Assembly: GCA_951406725.2 (NCBI GenBank)
Contig: OX597821.1
Location: forward strand, 79,484,001 to 79,548,000
Length of the DNA: 64,000 nt
Origin: Octopus vulgaris
Taxonomy: Eukaryota
Direction: 5' to 3'
The position numbers and the translations under genes were made by a program. Within the stretch, counting starts at the first letter, position 1. The number at the start of each line of letters is the position of its first letter. Under the pieces are notes generated by a model. The model did no database searches. It was not told the origin of the DNA and saw only the letters and a program-made list of their open reading frames with translations. Positions 42,092 through 54,408 of the stretch are shown here, piece by piece.

Positions 42092-43331
42092 TACACATAT
42101 ACAAATATATATATATACACATATACATACATAGATATATATACATATATATAGTTATTCATTTCTATTTGTTTATTCATCTGTGTATTTATTATGTTTT
42201 CAGGATCCTCTATCGTCATATGTTGTGGTGTGTGCTATTGCTCCATTCTAGTTTTCTATTCAGGCTAGGTTTATTTTCTATTATATGTGTAGCTTCTGTA
42301 ATTTGTCTAATTGTTGCATCTGTTCTATGTGTGGACAATATCTTAATCTCTATGTTATTGATTGATCCCCCGTGTTCCTGTTCGGCGTGTTGGTACAGAA
42401 TCGATGAGCTTTTACCTTCCTTGAGTTGTCTCCAATGTTCATTCACCCGCTCTCCAATGCTTATTTCTGTTTCCCCTACGTATGTTACTGTCTTGTTACT
42501 GCATCGTCCCTCTATACATCTTATACTATAGACTACATTTCTAGCTTTACAGTTTGTTTGTGGGCTAAATCTACATACAGTGCAATAGTTATCCGTACAG
42601 AGGGTTCTACTAAAAGGATAGGTTCTACCAATTATAGATCTGATAGGGATGCCTGGCTTTTCAACAACCTTAATTCTTAGTTTAAGTTTATCTAGGGTCC
42701 TTCTAAAGCGGTACGCCAGTTCACTTCCAGGGGTGGTGTCAACGAACATGACACTCTGGTATTTATGGCTATCATACCAAGAGTTGGCCTTCCCTATTTT
42801 CTTTTTTGTCCTTTCTATAGTATTCCATGACTTGTTCCTATAGATTGGGCAAATCCCATTCATATCATTACATAATATATTATCAAATTTCTTCATGGCT
42901 CCTTTGTATACTCTGATCCTTTCTTTATGGCTGTAACATGAACAAAATTAGAACAAAAGCAACAACAACAAAAACAAAATAAAATTACAAGAATGTATAT
43001 AAACAGAAGATACAAATATTACAGGCATCCCCCCCCACACACACACACTAAATAAACATAGACGCACATAGAGATATAAGCATGCGCAAATGAAGACATA
43101 CAATAGAAATACAAAATGGCTGACGGTTAGTAAGGAGAGACACAAATAAGTGAGAAGAAAACAAAGGACCACTGATGCGGTCACAGGAGTGTGACGAAAG
43201 AACTTTGGCCGAAATAAGATTAAGATTAATGTAAAAAATAAATATCACTGAAGCAAAATAACACCAAATATATAGTGCGTGTGTTTTTATTGGCTAAACT
43301 GGCAATATGACCGTTCCGAAATATAACAATA
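41507..43331 (-). mobile_element. Penelope-like element (Naiad-like, tentative), 5'-truncated, with ~395-bp inverted arms (41560-41954 / 42936-43331)
   Basis: ORF 42216-42896: VMFVDTTPGSEL, KVVEKPG, CTDNYCTVC, NVVYSIRC..YVGET...ERVNEH; inverted arms visible; flanked by (TA)n. Confidence 0.85.
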
Positions 43332-43370
43332 TATATATATATATATACATATATATATTACACATATATA

Positions 43371-43535
43371 GGCGCATGAGTGGCTGTGTGGTAAGTAGCA
43401 TGCTAACCAACCACATGGTTCGGGGTTCAGTCCCACTGCGTGGCATCTTGGGCAAGTGTCTTCTACTATAGCCCCGGGCCGACCAAAGACTTGTGAGTGG
43501 TTTTGGTAGACGTAAACTGAAAGAAGCCCGTCGTA

Positions 43536-43605
<70 letters not shown>

Positions 43606-43826
43606 TGTGTGTGTTTGTGTGTCTGTGTTTGTCCCCTAGCATTGCTTGACAACCGATGCTGGTGTGTTTACGTCCCCGTTACTTAGCGGTTCGGCAAAAG
43701 AGACCGATAGAATAAGTACTGGGCTTACAAAAGAATAAGTCCCGGGGTCGATTTGATCGACTAAAGGCGGTGCTCCAGCATGGCCGCAATCAAATGACTG
43801 AAACAAGTAAAAGAGTAAAAGAGTAA
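43371..43826 (+). mobile_element. Abundant tRNA-derived SINE (family A, CORE-like segment, internal (TA)n(TG)n); other copies at ~4539-4871, 9432-9830, 11290-11888, 14975-15380, 21279-21938, 26654-28247, 40695-41104, 44957-46930, 53155-53551, 56113-56580, 60450-60593
   Basis: A box tggctgtgtggt, B-box-like ggttcagtccc, ccttgggcaagt, tail (gtaaaaga)n; many copies on both strands. Confidence 0.88.
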
Positions 43827-43880
43827 ACACGTACACAATCTAATATTTGCTAGAAATGAATTTTATTTTTTGTTCCACAG

Positions 43881-44020
43881 ATGTTTGTGGTGCGGACACG
43901 AAGAGGCCACAACAAAATTCCACCCATGTGGACATCTTATCACCTGTGAAGAATGTTCAACAACTTCTCTTAAGCTATGTCTGAGGTGTTTGAAACCTAT
44001 AACAAGCAGAGGTGGAGTCG
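43881..44020 (+). CDS. Exon 8, C3HC4 RING: CLWCGHEEATTKFHPCGHLITCEECSTTSLKLCLRCLKPITSRGGV
   Basis: CAG acceptor, GTAAGA donor, spacing C-x2-C-x11-C-x-H-x3-C-x2-C-x7-C-x2-C, phase 2 to 1. Confidence 0.93.
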
Positions 44021-44203
44021 GTAAGAAGAACTCTTTGAGAATTTGTCTGTTCGTTCTGTTTGTCTCGTTGCTTTCATTGTGCAGAATGATGCGTTTCATG
44101 TTGTGTATCTATCCATGTATATGTATGTAAGTATGTATGTAAGTATGTATGTATGTATGTATGTAAGTATGTATGTATGTATGTATGTATGTAAGTATGT
44201 ATG

Positions 44204-44240
<37 letters not shown>

Positions 44241-44249
44241 GTATGTATG

Positions 44250-44280
<31 letters not shown>

Positions 44281-44281
44281 G

Positions 44282-44312
<31 letters not shown>

Positions 44313-46426
44313 GTATGTATGTATATGTATGTATGTAAGTATGTATGTATGTCTGTATGTATGTATGTATGTATGTATGTATGTATGTATGTATATATAT
44401 GCATATCTGGCAGATTTACGATGTAATGTGTTCCTGGTATCTTTTCTCTGTGATAATATACCAATCACTACATCCACTAAACATTGTCTTTATCAAAGTA
44501 GGAAATCTTGTCACACAACAAAATGGCTGTGGAGGCATATGGCCTAGTGGTTAGAGCAGTGGAATAACGGTCGAGGAATCGCGGGTTCGAATCTCAGACC
44601 AGGCGATGTGTGTGTTTATGAGCGAAACACCTAAGCTCCACGCGGCTCCGGTAGAAGGTTATGGCGAACTTCTGCTGACTCTTTCGCCACTACTTTCTCT
44701 CACTCTTTCCTCCTGCATCTTGCAGCTCACCTGCGACGGACCGGCGTCCCGTCCAGGTGAGGAACCTATACGCCAAGAAACCGGGAAACCGGCCCTTATG
44801 AGCCAGGGATGGCTCGAGAAGGAAGAAACAACAAAACAACAACAAGATGGTTGTAGTCTGCAACAAAATTAATGGAGGATTCTGCAAGATAATTAGTGAG
44901 TAACTGAAGTATCAATAAATCTCCATGAACAACCTGCTTGACATTGGAATTAAACAGACGCAGGAGTGGCTGTGTGGTAAGTAGCTTGCTTACCAACCAC
45001 ATGGTCCCGGGTTCAGTCCCACTACGTGACATCTTGGGCAAGTGTCTTCTGCTATAGCCTCAGACCGACCAATGCCTTGTGAGTGGATTTGGTAGACGGA
45101 AACTGAAAGAAGCCCGTCGTATATATGTATGTATATATGTATGTATGTATATATGTATGTATGTGTGTGTATGTGGTGTTTGTGTGTCTGTGTTTGTCTC
45201 CCTAGCATTGCTTGACAACCGATGCTGGTGTGTTTACGTCCCCGTTACCTAGCGGTTCGGCAAAAGAGACCGATAGAATAAGTACTGGGCTTACAAAGAA
45301 TAAGTTCCAGGGTCGATTTGCTCGACTAAAGGTGGTGCTCCAGCATGGCCGCAGTCAAATGATTGAAACAAGTAAAAGAGTAAAAGAGTAACTGTTTACG
45401 ATCGACTGTGAGCCATTGGCAGATAATTAAATACAACAGCACTTACGAGAACTTCATTATCATCTTTGGTTACGTGTAAGATTCAGAGGAATATTTTGAA
45501 GGAGTAAAAGTATGCGTTCCAAGTTTGAGAGCCTTTAACACGCAACTCCAAGTTGTATGTTGGTTTTGGGATGATATTAAAACTAATAGAGGCACAGTTT
45601 TGTTTACTCTTTACTCTTTACTCTTTACTCTTTTACTCTTTTACTTGTTTCAGTCATTTGACTGCGGCCATGCTGGAGCACCGCCTTTAGTCGAGCAAAT
45701 CGACCCCGGGACTTATTCTTATCGGTCTCTTTTGCGGAACCGCTAAGTTACGGGGACGTTAACACACCAGCATCGGTTGTCAAGCAATGCTAGGGAGACA
45801 AACACAGACACGCAAACACACACATACATATATATACATACATATATACGACGGGCTTCTTTCAGTTTCCGTCTACCAAATCCACTCACAAGGCATAGGT
45901 CGGCCCGAGGCTATAGTAGAAGACACTTGCCCAAGGTGCCACGCAGTGGGACTGAACCCGGAACCATGTGGTTGGTTAGCAAGCTACTTACCACACAGCC
46001 ACTTCTGCGCCTATGTCTCTCAAATTTTGCTTTTTGGTTCTGACTTGATTGTTACATTCAAACCAGATCACGAAACCTTCAAATATGTCCTGAATAAGAT
46101 GAATAGGTGAACTGAGCAACGAAAATTATCAGCAACAGCCTTTAACAAAGAGATTAGGTACATGTTTATCCGTCTTGAAGTGGTGTTACATGCGTTCGTT
46201 GCTATAGCTTTGATGAACAACTTGCTTGACATTGGAATTAAACAGAGGCAGGAGTAGCTGTGTGATAAGTAGCTTGCTAACCAACCACATGGTTCCGGGT
46301 TCAGTCCCACTGCGTGGCACCTTGGGCAAGTGTCTTCTACTACAGCCTCAGGCCGACCAAAGCCTTGTAAGTGGATTTGGTAGACGGAAACTGAAAGAAG
46401 CCCGTTATATATATGTATACACGAAG

Positions 46427-46477
<51 letters not shown>

Positions 46478-46642
46478 AGCGTAGGAGTGACTGTGCTGTA
46501 AGTAGCTTGCTTACCAACCACATGGTTCCGGGTTCAGTCCTGCTGCGTGGCACCTTGGGCAAGCGTCTTCTACTATAGCCTCTGGCCGACCAAAGCCTTG
46601 TGAGTGGATTTGGGAGATGGAAACTGAAACAAGCCCGTCGTA

Positions 46643-46703
<61 letters not shown>

Positions 46704-47396
46704 ATGTGTGTGTATATGTTTGTGTGTCTGTGTTTGTACCCCTAGCATTGCTTGACAACCGATGCTGGTGTGTTTAAGTCCCCGTAACTTACCGGTTCGG
46801 CAAAAGAGACCTACAGGATAAGTACTAGTCTTACAAAGAATAAGTCATGGGGTCGATTTGCTCGACTAAAAGGCGGTGCTCCAGCATGGTCGCAGTCAAA
46901 TGACTGAAACAAGTAAAAGAGTAAAAGAGATTGTTAGTGAAAATTATAGTCTTGTGAACAGATTTGGCATAGATATAAGCAAAAAAAACTTAGAGATTAA
47001 CTGTAATTAAGTGATAATTAAGTGATAATTAAGTGATAATTAAGTGATATAATTGCAACATTGCAAGATTACGTAGGATGTCTTAATAAAGAGGGGAAAT
47101 TTATGAAGATCGATCACATTTTGTTTTGGATCTAAATATTGGCTGTTACATGGAACCACTTTTTAAAGTATAAAGATATTGACTAAAACCATTATGATCG
47201 CTGGTTGACCATTGATGATAGGAATGCCTCGCAATAATAAAACACATTATTAATAAAGATAAAGAAATTTTGCTGTAAAGTATAAAACTTGGAAACACAT
47301 ACTTCAGCCGAGCTATTTTGTTTATCAGAATAGTGAAGAACAGATCACATTTCTAATTTCCATTTGAATGGTTAGCTGTAAATGAATTATATTAAA

Positions 47397-47741
47397 TTTC
47401 GTTTTGGGATTTGGTTTACAAGATTCTTTATATGAGTTCGTGTGTTGAAGCATATTTTGTTGTGTCTGGGGAGAGTTATTCTCTTTTTGTGCTTTGTAAT
47501 GTAACACACTCACCGGTAAAATTTCCACTTATTTCTTATTTTTATTCTCCTAAAATTTTCGTTGCGTCTTGCAAACTTTTCAATAGTCTTGACTCTTTTC
47601 AATATTGAAGACTATTGAAAAGGTTGCAAGACGCAACGAAAATTTTAGGAAAATAAGAATAAGAAATAAGTGGAAATTTTACCGGTGAGTGTGTTATATT
47701 ATAAGGCACAAAAAGAAAATGACTCTCCCCCAGACACAACA
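47397..47741. mobile_element. Fold-back insertion with target-site duplication
   Basis: Arms ~47458-47590 / 47608-47741; TSD GAATTATATTAAA (47384) / GAATTGTATTAAA (47742). Confidence 0.7.
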
Positions 47742-48648
47742 GAATTGTATTAAAGATATTACTGATATTTCATAAAATCTAGGCTAACATGGTTGGTAAA
47801 ATGGATAAATTAGAAGACATAGGAGAGCCAAGATTGTCTTTTTGGAAAAGAGAACTAAAATGCATTCTTGGTTAGGTGTAAACCTATGAGTTAATGAAAC
47901 CAAAGGGTGAAAGACTCAAAACACTATGTCTCTCTTAGCATTAAAATAATCTATATGGATGGTAAATATTTATTTATTTCTTGCCCAAAAGGGGCTAAAC
48001 ATAGAGGGGCAGACAAGGACAGAAAAACCGATTAAGACGATTAGATCGACTCCAGTGCGTAACTGGTACTTATTTAATCAATCCCAAAAGGATGAAAGGC
48101 AAAGTCGACCTCGGCCGAACTTCAACTCAGAACGTAACGGCAGACGAAATACCTATTTCTTTACTACCCACAAGGGGCTAAACAAGGAGAGACAAACGGA
48201 TTAAATCGATTATATCGACCCCAGTGCGTAACTGGTACTTATTTAATCGACCCCGAAAGGATGAAAGGCAAAGTAGACCTCGGCGAAATTTGAATTCAGA
48301 ACGTAACGGCAGACGAAATACCTATTTCTTTACTACCCACAAGGGGCTAAACATAGAGGGGACAAACAAGGACAGACATAGGTATTAAGTCGATTATATT
48401 GACATCCAGTGTGTAACTGGTACTTAATTTTATCGACCCCGAAGGATGAAAGGCAAAGTCGACCTCGGCGGAATTTGAACTCAGAGCGTAGCGGCAGACG
48501 AAATACCTATTTCTTTAGACCCACAAGGAGCTACACACAGGGAGGACAAGCAAGGACAGACAAACGGATTAAGTCGAGTACATCGACCCCAGTGCGTAAC
48601 TGGTACTTATTTGATCAATCCCAAAAGGATGAAAAGTAAAGTCGACCT

Positions 48649-48775
48649 CTTTTCCTTAGGCAGGTGAGTTTTTTCCTTAGGCAGGTGAGTCTTTTCCTTA
48701 GGCAGGTGAGTCTTTTCCTTAGGCAGGTAAGTTTTTTTCCTAAGGCAGGTGAATCTTTTCCTTAGGCAGGTGAGA
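48649..48775 (+). repeat. Six tandem copies of 21-bp CTTTTCCTTAGGCAGGTGAGT
   Basis: Read directly from the sequence. Confidence 0.95.
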
Positions 48776-49017
48776 TTTGATTGAATGTAGACGGCGAGAT
48801 TTACATGGGTGTACTTGCTAAGATATCAACTACATATCTACAAAATAATGGTTATGAGACTGAAAGTATCCAGAAGACTGAAATCCCTGGAATTTTGGGA
48901 TGTGTAGAAATTGCATCTTCAATCTAGGATACGATACAAGACACAAAGAAGAATAAAAGGGATTTGAATGTTGTATGGCTTGAGCTGTTGAAGAAAACAA
49001 TTGACTTCTTTTATATA

Positions 49018-49636
49018 CGCGGTGTTCTGTTTTTGATTCGACGGTCATTCGGAATGCTCACAGCAGCCATATTCATACCGCTCTATGTCACGCTGGTGAG
49101 ACCCATATTGGAGTACGGGATTCAAGCCTCTTCTCCTTATCTCCTCAAAGACATACATCATCTCGAAAGAGTCCAGAAGCTGGCTACCCACATGGTTCTT
49201 GGTCTCAAGCATTTGTCTTATGAAGAAAGGCTGACGACGCTCGACCTTTATTCTCTAGAAAAACGACGACGCCGTGGTGATCCCATTCTTGCTCACAACA
49301 ACATAAGCTGAAAGTGTAACCTCTCGAAAGAGCTGTTCTTCACTCCTGCTCCAAAGCGTCGGCTGCGGGGTCACTCCGAAAAGCTCTACCTGCGACGATT
49401 TCATTTCAATCGAAGGAGAGGGTCTTTCTCCGTCCGGGTTGCGGATCCGTGGAATAAGCTGCCGGACGAGATAGTGAAGATGCCGATGACCGCTCGTTTC
49501 AAAGTCTCTCTTGAACACAAATGGCCTGAACTCTTTGTATGAACACCACCCTGTACATAACTCCATGTCCCCCTACATGGCCTTGCTTTTTGCTTTTTGA
49601 GCCAAAAAATTAACTTAACTTAACTTAACTTAACTT
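49018..49636 (+). mobile_element. CR1-type LINE 3' end, copy 1, with (TAACT)n tail
   Basis: LYVTLVRPILEY, ERVQKLAT..V.GL..LSYEERL..LDLYSLE.RR.RGD. Confidence 0.9.
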
Positions 49637-50908
49637 ATATACGAGAGAAGATTAAGAATATGATGAAGAACTGCTATAACAATTTCAAAATTTGGTGAAT
49701 AAGAAAGAATTTCACAGCAGACTAGCAACGACTTGAAACTGGAATTGTTGTATGTTACACAATAGGTTATTTGGTTTGGGCTTGTTATGGAGATGTTAAG
49801 TAGATTGGCAAATTGATGAAAAAAATGGATTAAGGAAAATCACTTATGTAGGCATTAATGGATGGCATAACAATAGTAACAGGAGACTAAAAGGAAATGC
49901 AAATAGTTCTAGATAAATAGAATGGACCAATTACTTGGTCAAGAATGCAGTTTAAAGCAAATAAGTAATGCAGCCTGTCGTTTGTGAAAGGCCAGCAGAA
50001 GCAAGTAAAGTTCAAAACAGCAGGAGAAACCATGCCTAAGGTTAAAGAGAAATCTGTAAAAAGTTTAAGATGATGGCTTGCTTCCTCGCCGACTTTTAAG
50101 CGTAGAGGCATTGATATCATGGCAGAAACTTTGGGTGGTTTATAAGCAATAGGTACGTGAAAACGTCTGAGCAGATACGAGATTTGCTGTTTCCGGGTTG
50201 ATCTACATCCTCATCTTGCTTATATACCTTTACTTATCTGTTCTGCTGCACCATTTCAGATATTTACACGGCAGTAATGCCTGGCTGTAGTTAATGAAGT
50301 TTAGAACACCTGATATCACTTTCTGTTCCACTTGTTCCACTTGTTCCACTTTCTGTTCCACCAGTAAAATATTGCTTCATTAAGGAAGATGACTGACATT
50401 ACGATGTGTTCAAATATTTCCTGAATTAGATGACGTGTTGGTGAACTGTGATGCAGGCAGTTAAAATTAAAGATAACCAGCAGAAACATTTAAAAAGCAG
50501 AGTGGGTACACACTTAAACTGGTATGACATGTGTTTTTGTGACAAGATCTTTGATAACCAGCTAAGTTGACACTGGAATTAAGCAAAAAAGAAGAATGAT
50601 GTTTAGTGAATTCTAGAGATGCCATCGATTTGGCAAAGATATAAGAAAAGAATGACAAAACTAAGAGAAAACTGTTATCAAATGTTAATTAAACGAGATA
50701 GTTTCAACATCGTTAGACTATGTAGGATGTCTGTGTAGAAAGAAAGGATATAGGAATGTTAATCTACTTCACTGTGGACCTAAATATTGGGCTATTACAT
50801 GGGACCACTACAGAAAGTAAAAGAAAAGATTTGAGCAGAACCATAGTGGTCTTCAGTTAACCATTAATTATAGGAATGGAATGTTTCACAGCAATAAAGA
50901 ATAGATTA

Positions 50909-52351
50909 TCTTTATATATATAAAACTGAGAATGTGTGTGTTTGTGTCTGTCTGTCTGTCTGTGTGTTTCCCTAAAACTTGAGAACTACAGAACCAATTT
51001 CATTAAAATTTTACACATGCTTTACTTAAGGTCTGGGGGGTGTCATCGGCAAACATTTTTTAACTTTTTGCCTAGGGCGAGCCCACAGCAATATCAAATC
51101 TTCTCCACTACGATTCCCTAAATCTCGAGAACTACACAACCAATTTCATTCAAATTTTACACATACCTTACTTAGGGCCCATGAAGTTTCATGGGCAAAA
51201 AAAGTTCAGCTTCTTGCCTATGGCGAGCCCATAGCAATATCATATCTTCTCCACTATTTCAGTATTACGTGTTAAAAGTGAAACAAAAACATTTCTCTAT
51301 TTTATGTCAGATACTTTCACTTTAACGATAAAAATAATAATAATAACAATTGAATTATATGTAGTAAGTAATAATTAAAATCAAACTAAAGTATAATAGC
51401 AATAATAATTCTCTAAACGAGATATAGACAGTAACTGCTCCATAACAAAAGGGACATTAGCCATTTGAATGTGGCTAGGGACAGGGCAGGGCGGTGGGGG
51501 TGTTACTGATGCATTTAGCCCAGGCGATCATCAACGTCACCAGATAGGCTGACACCATCACAGTGTCCTCTATCCTGCAAAGGGAGATCATTCCCCGAAG
51601 AAGCGGATGCCACATACGAAGAAGCGGATGCCACAAACTGTTATCAAATGTTAATTAAACGAGATAGTTTCAACATCGTTAGACTATGTAGGATGTCTGT
51701 GTAGAAAGAAAGGATATAGGAATGTTAATCTACTTCACTGTGGACCTAAATATTGGGCTATTACATGGGACCACTACAGAAAGTAAAAGAAAAAATTTGA
51801 GCCTACCATACGTTGACGAGAGGCAAACACCTCGAAACCTGGGTCCGTATGTGGCATCCGCTTCTTTGGGGAATGATCTCCCTTTGCAGGATAGAGGACA
51901 CCGTGATGGTGTCAGCCTATCTGGTGACGTTGATGATCGCCTGGGGCTAAATGCATCAGTAACACCCCCACCGCCCTGCCCTGTCCCTAGCCACATTCAA
52001 ATGGCTAATGTCCCTTTTGTTAAAGTATAATATTATTGTAACAAAACAAAAGTAAAAATAGCAATTGGTATAAAATTGCATCAATGACTTGAACTTGAAT
52101 AAGTGGTTTCACATGAATGGGAATAAATTAAAAATAAAATTTAAGTGCAGACATGGAATAGTCCTACAATTCCAGTCTGTTATATATTTTGAGTATTGTT
52201 ATCACTAGCGATATCAAGATATAACTTTGTATTTTGTAATTTATGTGTAGATGTATATATATATAGATGTACATGTAATATGTACATATATATATACACA
52301 TATATACATGCACTAGCACTATGACCCGGCAAAGACGGGTCATAATGCTAG
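50909..52351 (+). mobile_element. Second Helitron-like family, long copy; fragments at ~6150-6700 and 13178-13450
   Basis: A|TCTTTATATA start; 3' hairpin atgacccg..cgggtcat followed by CTAG|T. Confidence 0.75.
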
Positions 52352-52412
52352 TTAATAATAAAGAAAAAGAAAGTCTACTATTAAATGTAAAACTTGGAAA
52401 TATTCATTTCAG

Positions 52413-52484
52413 GTTCTGCAATGTGCGAGGACAAGCATGTACAGACAGACTCACAGCTGTTAGAGACTGCATCCCAGCAACTTG
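52413..52484 (+). CDS. Exon 9 (72 nt, symmetric phase 1-1): (G)SAMCEDKHVQTDSQLLETASQQL, diverged paralog of exon 10
   Basis: TTTCAG acceptor, GTGAGT donor, open frame, flanks homologous to those of exon 10. Could be skipped without a frameshift. Confidence 0.7.
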
Positions 52485-52605
52485 GTGAGTATAAAATAAC
52501 AGTTCATAATTGATTTCTATAAGTTTTACTTTACCAGGGTATATTGTACGTGTGAGAATGACTGATATTGAAAGATTAACTGTGTGATAATTCTATTAAA
52601 GATAT

Positions 52606-53110
52606 GGGCGGCGAGCTGGCAGAAACGTTAGCACGCCGGGCGTAATGCGTAGCCGTATTTCGTCTGCCGTTACGTTCTAGGTTCAAATTCCGCCGAGGTC
52701 GACTTTGCCTTTCATACTTTCGGGGTGGATAAATTAAGTACCAGTTATGCACTGAGGCCGAGATAATCGACTTAATCCGTTGGTCTGTACTTGTTTGTCC
52801 TCTCTGTGTTTAGACCCTTGTGGGTAGTAAAGAAATAGGTATTTCGTCTGCCGTTACGTTCTGAGTTGAAGTTCCGCCGAGGTCGAATTTGCTTCTCATC
52901 CTTTCGGGGTCGATTAAATAAGTACCAGGTATGCACTGGGGTCGATTGTCGACTTTGCCTTTCATCCTTTCGGGGTCGATTGTCGACTTTGCCTTTCATC
53001 CTTTCGGGATCGATTAAATAAGTACCAGGTATGCACTGGGTCGATGTAATCGACTTAATACCTATGTTCCCTCTATGTTTAGCCCCTTGTGGGTAGTAAA
53101 GAAATAGATA
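52606..53110 (+). mobile_element. SINE family B with Nin/Deu-like core, often in tandem multimers; also 6217-6447, 26085-26480, 47985-48647, 55021-55475
   Basis: ggcggcgagctggcagaa head, gttcaaattcc B box, gactttgcctttcatcctttcggggtcgataaa..agtaccag core. Confidence 0.82.
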
Positions 53111-53710
53111 AGGATATCACTGAAAGGTCATAAAATACCCATCGAGGTTAGCACACTTTACTCTTTTAGTCTTTTCCTTGTATCAGTCATTTGACTGCGG
53201 CCATGCTGGAGCACCGCCTTTAGTCGAGCAAATCGACCACAGGACTTATTCTTTGTAAGCCTAGTACTTATTTTATCAGTCTCTTTTGCCGAACCGCTAA
53301 GTTACGGGGATGTAAACACAGCAGCATCGGTTGTCAAGCGATGTTGGGGGGGGGGAAACACACACAGACATATATATATATATATATATACACGATGGGC
53401 TTCTTTCAGTTTCCGTCTACCAAATCCACTCACAAGGCTTTGGTCAGCCCGAGGCTATAGTAGAAGACACTTGCCCAAGGTGCAGTGGGACTGAACCGAG
53501 AACCATGTGGTTGGTAAGCAAGATACTTACCACACAGCCATTCCTGCGCCTATTTGATATTTAAATTTAGGAGACAAAATTCTGAGTTAATGTTATCATT
53601 TGGTCAGGGAATAAATGATTTTCTTTAAACAGGCAAGTTATGTTTTTGTTTGTTTTTCATGTTTACTGTTTGCAACTCAACTTGATTTCGAGCCGGGTCG
53701 TCTGCTGCTG

Positions 53711-54408
53711 GAGATGACCGACCAGGTAAAGAACCTGGGTATCTCGGTGGATTCATCCTTTTCGCCTTCGGCCCAGTGCGTCCATGCTGCCAACAAAGCA
53801 CGCGGAATTCTGTTTTTGATTCGACGGTCATTCGGAATGCTCACAGCAGCCATATTCATACCGCTCTATGTCACGCTGGTGAGACCCATATTGGAGTACG
53901 GGATTCAAGCCTCTTCTCCTTATCTCCTCAAAGACATACATCATCTCGAAAAAGTCCAGAAGCTGGCTACCCACATGGTTCTTGGTCTCAAGCATTTGTC
54001 TTATGAAGAAAGGCTGACGACGCTCGACCTTTATTCTCTAGAAAAACGACGACGCCGTGGAGATCTCATTCTTGCTCACAACAACATAAGCGGAAAGTGT
54101 AACCTCTCGAAAGAGCTGTTCTTCACTCCTGCTCCAGAGCGTCGGCTGCGGGGTCATTCCGAAAAGCTCTATCTGCGACGATTTCATCTCAATCGAAGGA
54201 GAGGGGCTTTCTCCGTCCGGGTTGCGGATCCGTGGAATAAGCTGCCGGACGAGATAGTGAAGATGCCGATGACCGCTCGTTTCAAAGTCTCTCTTGGCCA
54301 GAAATGGCCTGAACTCTTTGCATGAACACCACCCTGTACATAACTCCACGTCCCCCTACATGGCCTTGCTTTTTGCTTTTTGAGCCAAAAAATTAACTTA
54401 ACTTAACT
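53711..54408 (+). mobile_element. CR1-type LINE 3' end, copy 2, nearly identical to copy 1
   Basis: ORF 53615-54325 with the same motifs and the same tail. Confidence 0.9.

Noticed and set aside
43165-43230. Hammerhead in the Naiad-like pLTR (CTGATGC..GAAA)
   Set aside because: The core deviates and no stem I partner follows the candidate cleavage site
44530-44605. tRNA gene; also 23128, 33222 and 33470
   Set aside because: A and B boxes are present but continue into a SINE body, and the cloverleaf is imperfect
45777-46758. Recurrent ORFs such as [41 protein letters not shown]
   Set aside because: Antisense translation of SINE family A, not a protein family
48649-48775. CRISPR-like array
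   Set aside because: Head-to-tail repeats with no unique spacers, no cas genes, eukaryotic context
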